NCBI GenBank assembly: GCA_937625935.1
Contig: OW569361.1
Span: forward strand, 310,001 to 374,000
Direction: 5' to 3'
DNA length: 64,000 nt
Source of the DNA: Tetramitus jugosus
Lineage: Eukaryota > Protista > Heterolobosea
The notes beneath the pieces are model-generated. The model did no database searches and was not told where the DNA came from. It saw only the letters and a program-made list of their open reading frames with translations. Positions within the stretch are counted from its first letter, which is position 1, and each line of letters opens with the position of its first letter. Positions 44,695 to 55,475 of this stretch are shown here, in pieces. A program made the position numbers and the translations under genes.

Positions 44695-44913
44695 GTGATG
44701 AAATTGCTTCCCTCAAGCAATTTGTCCTTTCACGGTTTCATGGTGCTGTAACATTATGAAACTGCGCCCTAAAATCGCGCTCCGCTCTCATAATTGATTC
44801 TTCAATCCTCTGAGTCAACCATAATTTTACAACCGAGCGCAGAAATTCCAATCACGCAAACATCCGTTTTTTGAGGCTGTCGGTGAATCATAACACGCAA
44901 AGCAGCAAAGAGA

Positions 44914-46476
44914 ATGATTAGAGGTGCAACTCATTTGACAAAGCGCGTTGCTTCTGGCAATAAACAAATAAAAAATGCATGGCCAATCATACAAGCATGC
45001 TCCTTCTCTTCCGGTGTTCAACACAACAACAAAGTTCACGGAAATTTGAGTGATGCTGACAGAATTTTTACCAATCTATATTGTGACTACGATTGGCATT
45101 TGCAGGGTGCTGAGATGCGTGTATGTTGTTCTTCAAGACTTGATATTTTTGCCTCCAAATCCATTGATTGTGATCATTTTTCGCTGACATGAAACTCTTT
45201 TTTTTTTGTCAACAAATTTGTTGATAATAATGACGATGATCATTCCTATTTTTTTGCTCCATGATGATAGGGTGATTGGTATAGAACCAAGGACTTCCTT
45301 GTGAAGGGACACGATTGGGTCATTGATCAAATTAAACAATCTGGATTGAGAGGAAGAGGTGGAGCTGGTTTTCCATCCGGTCTAAAGTACAGCTTTATGC
45401 CAAAGAAGAACCCTGATGGCCGTCCTTCTTATCTTGTCATTAATGCTGATGAGTCCGAACCTGGTACCTGCAAGGATCGTGAAATTTTGAGACACGAACC
45501 ACACAAATTAGTTGAAGGTGCACTTTTGGTTGGTTTCTCAATGAGAGCGCGTGCTGCTTATATTTATGTGAGAGGCGAGTTCTACAATGAAGCACGTCAT
45601 TTGCAAGAAGCTATTGATGAAGCTTATCGCGCTGGAAAGCTCGGTAAGAACGCATGTGGCTCTGGATACGATTTTGACGTTTATGTTCACAGAGGAGCTG
45701 GTGCTTATATTTGTGGTGAGGAAACCGCTTTGATTGAGAGTTTGGAGGGTAAGCAAGGAAAGCCTCGTTTGAAGCCTCCTTTCCCAGCAAACATTGGTCT
45801 CTTCTCTTGTCCAACCACTGTCACTAATGTTGAGACTGTCTCTGTCGTTCCAACCATCTTGAGACGTGGTCCAGAATGGTTCGCATCATTTGGTAGAAAG
45901 AACAACACCGGTACAAAGCTATTCTGTATTTCTGGACATGTCAACAATCCATGCACTGTCGAAGAAGAAATGAGTATTCCATTGAAGGATTTGATTGAGA
46001 AGCACGCTGGTGGTGTCAGAGGAGGATGGGACAACCTTTTGGGAGTCATCCCTGGTGGTTCTTCCGTTCCTGTCATTCCAAAGCACGTCTGTGAGAATGT
46101 GTTGATGGACTTTGATTCCTTGAAGGACGCTCAATCCGGTTTGGGAACTGCTGCTGTTATGGTTATGGATAAGAGCACAGATATGATTGCTGCTATTGCA
46201 AGATTGTCCAAGTTCTACAAGCACGAGAGTTGTGGTCAATGTACTCCATGTAGAGAAGGTACTGGATGGATGTTGAAGATGATGGACCGTATGGTTCAAG
46301 GTAGGGCGGAAATTGAAGAAATTGACTCATTGGACGAAATTTCGCGTCAGATCGAAGGTCACACTATTTGTGCTTTGGGTGATGCTGCCGCATGGCCAGT
46401 GCAAGGTTTGATTCGTCACTTCCGACCTGAAATGGAGGAGAGAATCAAGCAATACAAGCTTGCTCAAGGCAAGTAA
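44914..46476 (+). CDS. NDUFV1: NADH:ubiquinone oxidoreductase 51 kDa flavoprotein; 2 exons, intron 45121-45270
   Basis: Presequence + [59 protein letters not shown] and [13 protein letters not shown]. Confidence 0.97.
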
Positions 46477-46659
46477 ATTTTGAATGGGATGGAAGCTTCC
46501 AGAAGAATTGATCTGTTCGTAAATATATTATATAACTCTTGAATTGTACACCATGAGCACATCAAGTCTTTTGTGTCCAACACATGCATTCTCACCTGTG
46601 AAAAGCGGTGAAAATGGAATGTTAATTGAACTTTTTTCAAACAAAACAACAACAAACAA

Positions 46660-48027
46660 ATGCATCGATTCTTATTGAAACATACCAACAACAGAGCCAA
46701 GTGCGCCTGTTGCCCAAGAATATCATCAACAAGCTCTCCATCCTCATACAGTACGGCTGCCTCTGTCGACCATTCTCAACAACAACCTCAACAACCACAA
46801 CAACCATTCTATTTTGAGGTTGTTCATCAATCGTCAAAGAAGGGATCAAAAGCCAGAGTAGGTCGCATCCATACGCCACACGGTATCATTGACACACCTA
46901 ATTTTGTCGCTGTGGGTACCAATGGATCTATCAAGGGACCAGACAACATTATGCTCAATCAAATGGCTCAAGTCGATGTTCAACTCATGTTCTGCAACAC
47001 TTATCACATGATTATTCATCCGGGAACAGATATTGTCAAGAAGGCAGGTGGTCTTCACAAGTTTATTAACAGAGATAGGCCTATTATAACGGATTCTGGT
47101 GGATTTCAAGTGTTTTCATTGGCAACAGATGATTATCATGCAGAGGAGAATGATTTGCAATCATCTGGAAAGGAACTGAAGGGTGGAAATAAGAAGAAGC
47201 ATCAAACAATGAAGTATGATCCTCAAAGTGACGTCCATCAGGGAAAAGTACTCAAAGTTACAGAAGAAGGTGTCACTTTCCGATCATACAAGGATGGCAA
47301 AATTGTGTTGCTGACTCCAGAGACAGCAATACGAGCACAGAAGGATCTAGGTGCTGATATTATCATTCCATTGGACGAATTATTGCCACTGAATGTTTCC
47401 AATAACAAATTATTGGATTCTCTGGCTCGTACTCACCGTTGGGAAAAGAGAAGCTTGGAAGAGCACTTGAAGAATCCCAATAATCAGGCAATGTACGCTG
47501 TTGTGCACGGCGGTGTTGATCAAGAACTGCGAAAGCTCTCAATTGATACGCTGGCTGCAGAACCATTCGATGGATTTGCCATTGGTGGATCACTGGGTAA
47601 AAACAGAGATGAACTCATTGAGTTGTTGAGCTATGTTGTACCGAGAGTGAATGAAACTGGAAAACCGAACCATGTTCTGGGTATTGGAGATGTGGAGAGT
47701 GTTTCTAGATTTATATCTTTGGGAGTGGACACATTTGATTCTGCCTATCCTACCAGAGTCGGAAGACATGGCAACTGGTTCATCAATAATCCCGATGGAA
47801 CAATGGGTATTGCATCGCTGCGTCAAGAAAAGTATGCTCACATCTTCGACAAGGTTGATTCCACTTGCGATTGCTATGTGTGTAAGAATTACACGGCCAG
47901 TTATCTGCATCATTTGTACAAGATGCATGAGCCAGCATTTGTGACATTGTCGGCCATTCATAACTTGCACTACATGTATCGCATGACCAAAACAATCAGA
48001 GAGAAAATATTAAATGATGAAATTTGA
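46660..48027 (+). CDS. tgt: tRNA-guanine transglycosylase, Chlamydia-like type, with N-terminal presequence
   Basis: ARVGRI.TPHG.IDTP, FCNTYH, TDSGGFQVFSL, GADIIIPLDELLP, AIGGSLG, DSAYPT..RHG, CDCYVC...HNL and ILNDEI*. Confidence 0.9.
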   Translation: MHRFLLKHTNNRAKCACCPRISSTSSPSSYSTAASVDHSQQQPQQPQQPFYFEVVHQSSKKGSKARVGRIHTPHGIIDTPNFVAVGTNGSIKGPDNIMLNQMAQVDVQLMFCNTYHMIIHPGTDIVKKAGGLHKFINRDRPIITDSGGFQVFSLATDDYHAEENDLQSSGKELKGGNKKKHQTMKYDPQSDVHQGKVLKVTEEGVTFRSYKDGKIVLLTPETAIRAQKDLGADIIIPLDELLPLNVSNNKLLDSLARTHRWEKRSLEEHLKNPNNQAMYAVVHGGVDQELRKLSIDTLAAEPFDGFAIGGSLGKNRDELIELLSYVVPRVNETGKPNHVLGIGDVESVSRFISLGVDTFDSAYPTRVGRHGNWFINNPDGTMGIASLRQEKYAHIFDKVDSTCDCYVCKNYTASYLHHLYKMHEPAFVTLSAIHNLHYMYRMTKTIREKILNDEI

Positions 48028-48086
48028 AAGGTAGTGCAACTTAATTTCATGAAAGATTGTTTTAATCGCAAAAAGGTTCAAATGAT

Positions 48087-48971
48087 TTAAGCGCTCATTC
48101 TTGCAATCAACATAGCCTTCTTTTGGGCAACTCTTGCTTCTCTCTCCTTTCTGGAAATCTTCTTCTGGTTGAATCTCTTGAAGGTCTTCTTTGCCTTGAC
48201 TTCACGAACTGGGTTAGCTCTGATAGCAGCGTGGGTCTTCTTGTACAAAGCCTCAACGTCCTCAGACTTGACACCAGCAGCAATGAACTTGGAGAATTGT
48301 CTGTTGTACAACTCTTCGTTGTCTTCCTTGAGCTTCTTCATCCATTGAGCAACGTGAACACCGAAGATTCTGTCTCTGTGAACCTTTGGGTCGTAGCTTT
48401 CCTTCTCACCACTCTTCTTGTAGCCAGGGAATCTCTTGGCAGAGTGAGGGACATGGAGACCACCATCACAAGCACCCTTCATGGCACCGAAAATCTTAGC
48501 ACCAGTGGTGGTTCTTGCCAAACCAACATCCAAGTTAGCTCTGAATGGTCTTTGGTCACCTTCCTTGTCGGATGGAACCAAGTAGTCCTTACCGTCGGTG
48601 GACTCAATACCAGCGTACTTGTCAGCCAAACCAATTTGGGTCAACAATCTTCTGGCCAACAACAAACCAGTGCAGTAAGCAGCGGAGTAGTTAGTCAAAC
48701 CAACCTTCAAGCCATATCTTGGCAATTCGTGGGAGTAAGCTGCGCAGTGGACGAAGTCACCAATAATCTTGGAGGAGACGATTTGAGCGATAACGTCAGC
48801 GTTGGTAACTCTGATAACCATTCTATACTTTGGAGCATTGAACTTGGTCTTGTCTTGGGAGATCAAAGCTTGTCTAGCTCTGTAGTCGGTCTTACCTTCT
48901 CTACGTCTGCGATACTTGGTTTGGAATCTCTTGTAGTAAGCCTTGTTCTTTTGGACCTTAACGAATACCAT
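48087..48971 (-). CDS. RPL5: 60S ribosomal protein L5 (uL18)
   Basis: MVFVKVQKNKAYYKRFQTKYRRRREGKTDY, AYSHELPRYG and LDVGLARTTTGAKIFG. Confidence 0.98.
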   Translation of the reverse strand: MVFVKVQKNKAYYKRFQTKYRRRREGKTDYRARQALISQDKTKFNAPKYRMVIRVTNADVIAQIVSSKIIGDFVHCAAYSHELPRYGLKVGLTNYSAAYCTGLLLARRLLTQIGLADKYAGIESTDGKDYLVPSDKEGDQRPFRANLDVGLARTTTGAKIFGAMKGACDGGLHVPHSAKRFPGYKKSGEKESYDPKVHRDRIFGVHVAQWMKKLKEDNEELYNRQFSKFIAAGVKSEDVEALYKKTHAAIRANPVREVKAKKTFKRFNQKKISRKEREARVAQKKAMLIARMSA

Positions 48972-49035
48972 CTTGTGATTTTATGACTTTTTGGTTTAAT
49001 TGCTGTTGTTTTTTTTGCTTGGGTGTGTGATTTGA

Positions 49036-49094
49036 ATTTTTCTGATATCGAGAAGCGCGATGCCAGGTTGACTTCAATTTATTAAATGAACTTC
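49036..49094 (-). promoter_or_regulatory. Candidate ribosomal-protein promoter elements upstream of RPL5
   Basis: GAAGTTCATT (49085-49094, minus), CCAGGTTGACT (49063-49073) and AGAAAAAT (49036-49043, minus), all shared with the RPS14 upstream region. Confidence 0.4.
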
Positions 49095-49509
49095 CTGAAT
49101 GAAACAAGCCAGGCAAGTTTTGGTGTTTGGAAATGCAGTCGCACGTACAATCCTTCGTTCTGACAACTTACTATCCACAAACATTTTTTCTCTCAACAAA
49201 CTTTTATGCATCCTTTGGCCATCGGAATCACTTTGGTTATATTGCAAAGACTTTCATCATGAAGATTAATTTGATATCCTTATTTATTGTTTTTGCATAT
49301 GTACACGAGATGTGCTTTTTTTCTTCTCTATTTTGTCAAAGTGGAGCAAAGGAAACTTCGGACTTGTTGGAGAATGTGCTGTGTGATACATGGGAACAGC
49401 ACATTCTTAACGAGAGTCACAACATACCATCATAGCTCCGATGATGAGTGAGATCCTGACCTTGTTGATGATTATTTGGAGAGCAGAATAATTGTGTCAC
49501 ATATTCTTC

Positions 49510-50244
49510 TTATTCTTCATCGTCATCATCATCACCTGCTTCCTCGAGTAACTTTCGTTCCTCTTCAGTCAAATTCTCCAAGTCAATATCATCTTCGTCG
49601 TCATCATCATCAAGGTCCACCTCTTCCTCGTCATCAGCCTCTTCTTCATCATCTTCAATGTCAATCTCATACTCTGCATCATCGCCCATGATGTCTTCAC
49701 TCACTGGAGGAACATACTTTTTTGGTTCAGGCATCTTAAAGTCAGCTGGCAGCTCTCTCAGTGCCTTTTGTGCCAATCTTTCATTCTTGAGATTGAAGCT
49801 GGCTCGATCATCCCTGTACTGCTTTGCACAGTCCACATTGGCTGCACTGTAAATGTTTGGATCGGACAACATGCTCAACACACTGAGCAAGATGGTTGAG
49901 GCATTCTGGGTGGGCAACCAGCGCTCCTCTGGTCTCTCGCCACTCATTTCATCTTCACCTGGTGGATGGAGAATGGAGATGCACACGGAGCCGTCTTCAT
50001 AAATGTTGGGGTGCCAAATCTCTGAGAGGAATTTGAGCTTGGGTGGTGAGAAGGGATAGTCCTCTGGGAATGATAACTGTGCTCGGTAGATGCCCTTCTC
50101 GTAGCACGTCTCACCAGGTCCCTTCAGAAACACGTTCCAGATGTACAGGTCTGATTCGTCTGATAGTTCACAGCAGAATCCTTCGATTGGTTCTTTTATG
50201 AGCTCCTTTAGTTGATTTTGTAAAATTCTGGCACTGGCGTTCAT
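49510..50244 (-). CDS. Ubiquitin-conjugating enzyme E2, Cdc34/UBE2R type with acidic tail
   Basis: FPEDYPFSPP, WHPNIYEDGSVCISILHPPGEDEMSGERPEERW and a D/E-rich C-terminus. Likely start MNASARIL at 50244. Confidence 0.9.
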   Translation of the reverse strand: MNASARILQNQLKELIKEPIEGFCCELSDESDLYIWNVFLKGPGETCYEKGIYRAQLSFPEDYPFSPPKLKFLSEIWHPNIYEDGSVCISILHPPGEDEMSGERPEERWLPTQNASTILLSVLSMLSDPNIYSAANVDCAKQYRDDRASFNLKNERLAQKALRELPADFKMPEPKKYVPPVSEDIMGDDAEYEIDIEDDEEEADDEEEVDLDDDDDEDDIDLENLTEEERKLLEEAGDDDDDEE

Positions 50245-50625
50245 TGTTCTTCCTATGTATGGGTTGGTTGGTGTTGGTTGGTAATAATTTATATAATGTT
50301 TTTTTGTATTGGACACTTGGTTGATTTTCTTGATGGTAATGATATGTACAGCACAAATGAGTTTTGTTTAGTGGGTATTATGGACGAGAGAGAAGCAATC
50401 AAGAATTTGCTTATCAATACTGTTGTTGTTGTTAGTTGTTCGTTGTGGCTTGGTTTTTTTGTTGTGAGCTCGAAGTTTTGGCTTTGTTGGAACCAAAAAA
50501 AAGCTTGCTTGGAATATTTTTGTCTCGTGTGCCGCAGTGCCTGTTCTTCAGTGACGTCGGACGTGATGGGAAGGCGCACAACCAAATCAAACATCAAGGA
50601 CTGTTGACCACGGTAGAGGCGACTT

Positions 50626-53163
50626 TTATTTTCGCTTGTAGAAGTACATGTAACCCATGTCGAATGGTGGATCTTCTGACTTTGCAACCTTGGAATCATT
50701 AAACAATACCCAGTGACTCTCATCTCCCACTGTCTTCTTAATGTGAGCTACATAGTGACCGCAATTGGTTGATGTTCCAATGTGACTCACAAATGCAAAG
50801 AGCTCATACTTTCCACTGCCGTCCGTGTAAGCTGGTTCTGCGGCTTGTGTCGTTGCTGAACTTTGGCCCCCAGTTGGTTGGGTCTCTGCGGCGAGCAGAG
50901 CTGGAATTTCATCCATATGACTAAACACCCAGTCGATTGCTCTCTCAACATTGTTGTCTGTGTTTTTCAGGGCGAGTATGGCGTGATCACGCTCAATACC
51001 CATTCCAGTTATCATGTCCACAAGATCTTCGTTCACAGTTGGGGTACTGGTGCTGCTTTCTCCCTTTGGCTGCTCAAGTGGTGTATCGATGTCAGCATCA
51101 GTGCTATGTTCAAAGATCCAATTCATTGCTGGTTCAACACCTGCGTTGTTCGTGTTGATTGCTGCCTTTTGAGCATGTAGTTCAGAGAAACCCATATCAA
51201 CAATTGCAGACACAATACTTTGATCAAAAGTAGGCAACTGGGAGGTTTGTGTTTCTTCAACCACCTCCTTTTCTTGTGGGAGCTCAACTTCATTAGGTTG
51301 CAGTCCGTGACCTCTTAGGTGACTAATATCGATTTCTTGAGGCTCTTCGACAAATACATCGAGCTTCTTGAGTGCCCATCCATCTAGGATGAATCTTCTT
51401 ACTTGAACAACCAGATAGTCTGGGAATGTTGCAAGCTTGTTGGTTTGTATACCAGTTGTTCTGCGCTTAAGAGCAGAGCTATAGAAGCCACTAATCGCTT
51501 CTGCTTGACCAAGAGCATCAACACAGGACTTCATCAATACCTTTGGACGCACAACAGGTTCCTTTTCCTCATTTTTCAGAGAACGCTCGTTAATGTTACT
51601 CGCATTATCCTTCTTTTCTGCTCTTTCTTTCTCTTCTCTTTGCTTTTCTCGGAGCTTATATTGTTCGTATTCGTCCTTGTTGATCGCTTGCTCGAGAGGC
51701 ACCGGTACAGATAGAATATTATCGCTATTGTATATGTACTGAACTTGGTGTGATTCTGAGCATTCTGTTCTTTGCTCAGTCTTAAACTTGAACAAGTTTG
51801 TTGGATCAAAGAGTGCTTTGACATTTGGGTTTGTCAATTGATTTCTTTCATACAAGCTCATCAAGTGTTGATAGAATTCCATAGCATCCTGCTGTCTCAT
51901 GGTACTGAATTCAGGATGACTCTTACCAATTGTTTGCTTGAAGCTCTTGGGTCCAACACCTTCTTGATATCTGCTATTCTCATCTCCATCCTTTGCTTCG
52001 ATTGGATGGGAGTATTCACCAGACAACAAACCATAAGCAAGCTTTCTCGTTTGAAGCTCAACACTATCGATTGGTGTATCCGTTTCGGCATAGATGCTCA
52101 TATCAGCATCAAAGAATCGCTTCTTAAACTCTTGAATGGAGAACAGTGATTGCATGACTGATGCCAAGTAGCAACTATTTCCAAGATTTCTAAGACCAGT
52201 GAAGTCAGGTCCAAAGAGTGGCTGCAAAATTTTATCACTCTCTTGAATTCTGGAGAAATCAAAGCTCAAATTTTGATCCAACTCTAGCTCGGCCATTGTT
52301 TTCTCAGTCTTTTTCATTTCCAACACATTGATTCCAAAATAGTTCATATGATCGATCAAGTTCTCATCAATGACCATATCATCCTCAGGATAAGAGTAAA
52401 CATCAGCCTTCTCACCGCCACTCTCAATCGTTCCCAATTTGACAACTAATGGATGCTTCGTATTCTGATAATGCTCTACACCATGATTATTACCACCTGT
52501 TCCATCCCAAAACTTTCTACCACATGAAATTTCACCACAAGACAAGCAAAGCCACAAGTTTTCAGTCTTATCACAGTGCTGGCACTTCCATCCATGTGGA
52601 GGGATTTTGACATCTCCGACTTGGACCAAGTCTTTGGCGTGTGGTGATGGCTTTGCAGGCGCAGCTTCCCATGCATTCAAATCTTCCTTTCTTTCTACTG
52701 ATTCTGATTTCATAATTGCATCGACAGCCATTTTGACCTTCTCTGGAATGTCATTGTTGGGCAATGGAATCACCTTGTTGATTGGATCGAGACACACGAG
52801 TGACAACAATTGTTCATATTCTACATTTTGGTTTGGATCAGAGTCCTTGTATGCAGGGAAACCACCGTCTACACCAATAGCAACTTTTGTTGGTGCGTTT
52901 TCTTTGTTTGATGCCTCAGCACTCACTGGTTTCTGCTTCTTGATTTGCTTAATGTTCAAAAAGATGTTGTTTCCAGTCTTTTGATGATACATTTTAGTGA
53001 AACGAGAGCCAAAGGCCAAAAACGTATTCAAACAAATGTTGAGACCATGCTCAGACTTTGGTGTATCGAATGATAGGACACACTCATCCTTGTACACTTT
53101 GGATTGAGCTGTTGGTATGTTGATCTTGGAAAAGTTCCACTTAATATCTGAAATGTCTGACAT
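50626..53163 (-). CDS. USP5: Ubiquitin-specific protease USP5/13 (Ubp14, isopeptidase T)
   Basis: VYKDEC, ZnF-UBP (NLWLCLSCG...CGR), GLRNLGNSCYLASVMQ, two UBA domains and H.G.S..CGHYVAHI. Confidence 0.93.
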   Translation of the reverse strand: MSDISDIKWNFSKINIPTAQSKVYKDECVLSFDTPKSEHGLNICLNTFLAFGSRFTKMYHQKTGNNIFLNIKQIKKQKPVSAEASNKENAPTKVAIGVDGGFPAYKDSDPNQNVEYEQLLSLVCLDPINKVIPLPNNDIPEKVKMAVDAIMKSESVERKEDLNAWEAAPAKPSPHAKDLVQVGDVKIPPHGWKCQHCDKTENLWLCLSCGEISCGRKFWDGTGGNNHGVEHYQNTKHPLVVKLGTIESGGEKADVYSYPEDDMVIDENLIDHMNYFGINVLEMKKTEKTMAELELDQNLSFDFSRIQESDKILQPLFGPDFTGLRNLGNSCYLASVMQSLFSIQEFKKRFFDADMSIYAETDTPIDSVELQTRKLAYGLLSGEYSHPIEAKDGDENSRYQEGVGPKSFKQTIGKSHPEFSTMRQQDAMEFYQHLMSLYERNQLTNPNVKALFDPTNLFKFKTEQRTECSESHQVQYIYNSDNILSVPVPLEQAINKDEYEQYKLREKQREEKERAEKKDNASNINERSLKNEEKEPVVRPKVLMKSCVDALGQAEAISGFYSSALKRRTTGIQTNKLATFPDYLVVQVRRFILDGWALKKLDVFVEEPQEIDISHLRGHGLQPNEVELPQEKEVVEETQTSQLPTFDQSIVSAIVDMGFSELHAQKAAINTNNAGVEPAMNWIFEHSTDADIDTPLEQPKGESSTSTPTVNEDLVDMITGMGIERDHAILALKNTDNNVERAIDWVFSHMDEIPALLAAETQPTGGQSSATTQAAEPAYTDGSGKYELFAFVSHIGTSTNCGHYVAHIKKTVGDESHWVLFNDSKVAKSEDPPFDMGYMYFYKRK

Positions 53164-53426
53164 GAATTCTTCAAGATGCTGATGTGATTATTGATGATGG
53201 TTTGTTTCTTTGTGTTGGGCGACAGCAAACAGAACACGAAGAAGATCTTTCTCTGTTCGAAGTTGTAAGCCTCACAGGAATATTTTATTTTTGGGTGTTG
53301 TCATATTTTCGCCGATTCTGTTTGCCGCCAAAAAAATTGAGGAAAAACTCTTTCTCGAACCAACAACAACATTCTTCGTGATTTGGATCAAGTCCCCCAT
53401 TTGACAAACAACAACGACAACGACAA

Positions 53427-55376
53427 ATGAATCCAGATCAACAACGATTCTTGGATATTGATGATGATATCTTTGACCTGCAAAGTCACAATCTCTCTGC
53501 GCAAGAAGAGAATGAGCAACACGAAGCGTCTCACAAGGACAAGAAAACAGGTCGAACAAAACAAGACTATTATTCCGTTTTGATGCTCAACACAGAAAAC
53601 AGAGACCATATTACGGTAGAAGATGTGACTCAAGCGTATCGTGCACTGTCAAAAAAGTTTCATCCTGATCGAGCAGTGCATTCTGCAAGGCAGAGAGGCA
53701 TTATTACAACAGAGACTCAAGCAGAACACTTGAGACAACAGTACGAATTGAAACAGCAATTGTTGAATGAGGCATATTCTGTGTTGTCTGATCCTGTCAA
53801 GAAGGTTCAATATGATATTTTGGGACATGATTCGAATTTGAAGCTGCTGCCATACACTGATTTTGAGAGTGCTGCACAATACAAGCAATATATCCAAGAG
53901 GAGAAGAGATATCAACACAAGAGGAGACAAGAAATGTTGACCAATGGTAGAACACAGATGCAAATGTCAGTCGATGCACAGAGCATGTTCAATCCGAAAC
54001 GGTCCTCCTTCATCTTGAATCCAAGAAGAAAGATTAATGATCCACTGCTATTCATCTCTGGTTCCAATATTGTAAACTCGTTTACTACGCCAATATCGGA
54101 TCGAAGCATGTTGCGATTGTCCGGTTTTGCAAGCATGGATGACACTACAATGAAACCAAGTCACTCCATTAGTGCAGAGTATGTGAGAGCCATCGATCCT
54201 CAAAGAGAAGTCACCACTGCTTCATTGAACCTTACCTATAATTCAAAGGTGGGCAATCACATGTTTATTGCTTCTCCATCACTCAAGACAAAGTTGAGTG
54301 AGAGATCATCGTTGGGTGTCACATGGACTCACGTTCTGACTCCTTATTCCACAGTAATCAACATGCTCCATTTCGTAGGATTTAACATGTATTGCAAGTC
54401 TCAGTTGTTGAATGATAAGACCTTGAATGGAAAGTTTGTTTGGCAACAACAGAACACAAGTCAACACATGAGCCTTGAAGTATCTAAACAATTTGAGGAT
54501 TCTTCGCTGGCTGGAGAATTGAAGACGGGCGAGACATCTTCAATGTCCCTCCAGTTTTCAAAGGAGTTAACCGATGAGAGTGATGAATTCGGTCAGTATA
54601 CATTAAATGCTTCTGTGACAGCTTCTATGGAGTCACTAGAAGAAACAGATTTAGAAGCTAGTGTCAGCGTTGAAAAGACTTTGTCCAAGAGGAGCAGCGT
54701 TGGTTTTGGAGTTGATGTGAGTCAATCATCTGGTGTTGCTTTGAAACTTTCCTACACAAGGGAGAGACATCAATTTGATTTACCAGTTCAAATGACTGAC
54801 TTTTTCGATTATAGAGTCGCATTGTTATCTGTTATTGTACCTGTTACTACTTTCTTCTCAATCAGAAGATTCATCTACAATCCATTGCAGAGAAGATGGA
54901 AGAGACAAGCTCTCTATAGTCAATTGAAGCTTGACTATGAACAAACAAAGGCGGAACGTGAGAGAGCACAGGAAGCACGTGAGGATATGCTGCAAGGTTC
55001 GATGGAGAGTAAGCTGCGAGAAGGACAGATTGATGGTTTGATAATTATTAATGCTCAATACGGAATGAAGGTTGGCGAAGATAAGCAATTACTGGAACAA
55101 GTTGAAAAGTATCCTCCATTTATTGATGTCACCGATCAGCTTCAATTCCAAGTACGTGACTCAACATTGAAACTACCTGAATACTCGAAATCCAAGCTCG
55201 AGGGTTTCTTTAATCCATGTCCAAGCTCATCTGATGATCTGACTCTCGTCGTCACATATAGTTTCAGAGGTAAGAAGCATCGCGTTCAGATAGCGGATGA
55301 GGAGGAATTAGTAATCCCTCTCGAAGAGGATTTGATCGAGGGAGTCAATGATGATCAAGAAGGCGAATCCGAATAA
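53427..55376 (+). CDS. DNAJC11: DnaJ homolog subfamily C member 11-like
   Basis: J domain (DYY...AYRALSKKFHPD...AYSVLSDP), beta-rich core, and C-terminal GLIIINAQYG...IDVT..LQ...SKSKLEGFFNPCP...L.VTY.F. Confidence 0.88.
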   Translation: MNPDQQRFLDIDDDIFDLQSHNLSAQEENEQHEASHKDKKTGRTKQDYYSVLMLNTENRDHITVEDVTQAYRALSKKFHPDRAVHSARQRGIITTETQAEHLRQQYELKQQLLNEAYSVLSDPVKKVQYDILGHDSNLKLLPYTDFESAAQYKQYIQEEKRYQHKRRQEMLTNGRTQMQMSVDAQSMFNPKRSSFILNPRRKINDPLLFISGSNIVNSFTTPISDRSMLRLSGFASMDDTTMKPSHSISAEYVRAIDPQREVTTASLNLTYNSKVGNHMFIASPSLKTKLSERSSLGVTWTHVLTPYSTVINMLHFVGFNMYCKSQLLNDKTLNGKFVWQQQNTSQHMSLEVSKQFEDSSLAGELKTGETSSMSLQFSKELTDESDEFGQYTLNASVTASMESLEETDLEASVSVEKTLSKRSSVGFGVDVSQSSGVALKLSYTRERHQFDLPVQMTDFFDYRVALLSVIVPVTTFFSIRRFIYNPLQRRWKRQALYSQLKLDYEQTKAERERAQEAREDMLQGSMESKLREGQIDGLIIINAQYGMKVGEDKQLLEQVEKYPPFIDVTDQLQFQVRDSTLKLPEYSKSKLEGFFNPCPSSSDDLTLVVTYSFRGKKHRVQIADEEELVIPLEEDLIEGVNDDQEGESE

Positions 55377-55475
55377 ATTATTCGTTCAATCCTATGAAAA
55401 GGAGTGTCATAGAATCTGAATGTGATGGCAGCACACAAAAAGATTTGCTTGTACTTCGCATGTTTGTATCGTCTA

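Noticed and set aside
48123-48986. 287-aa antisense ORF covering RPL5
   Set aside because: It mirrors a highly biased ribosomal-protein gene that avoids TTA/CTA/TCA codons and shows no protein-like motifs.
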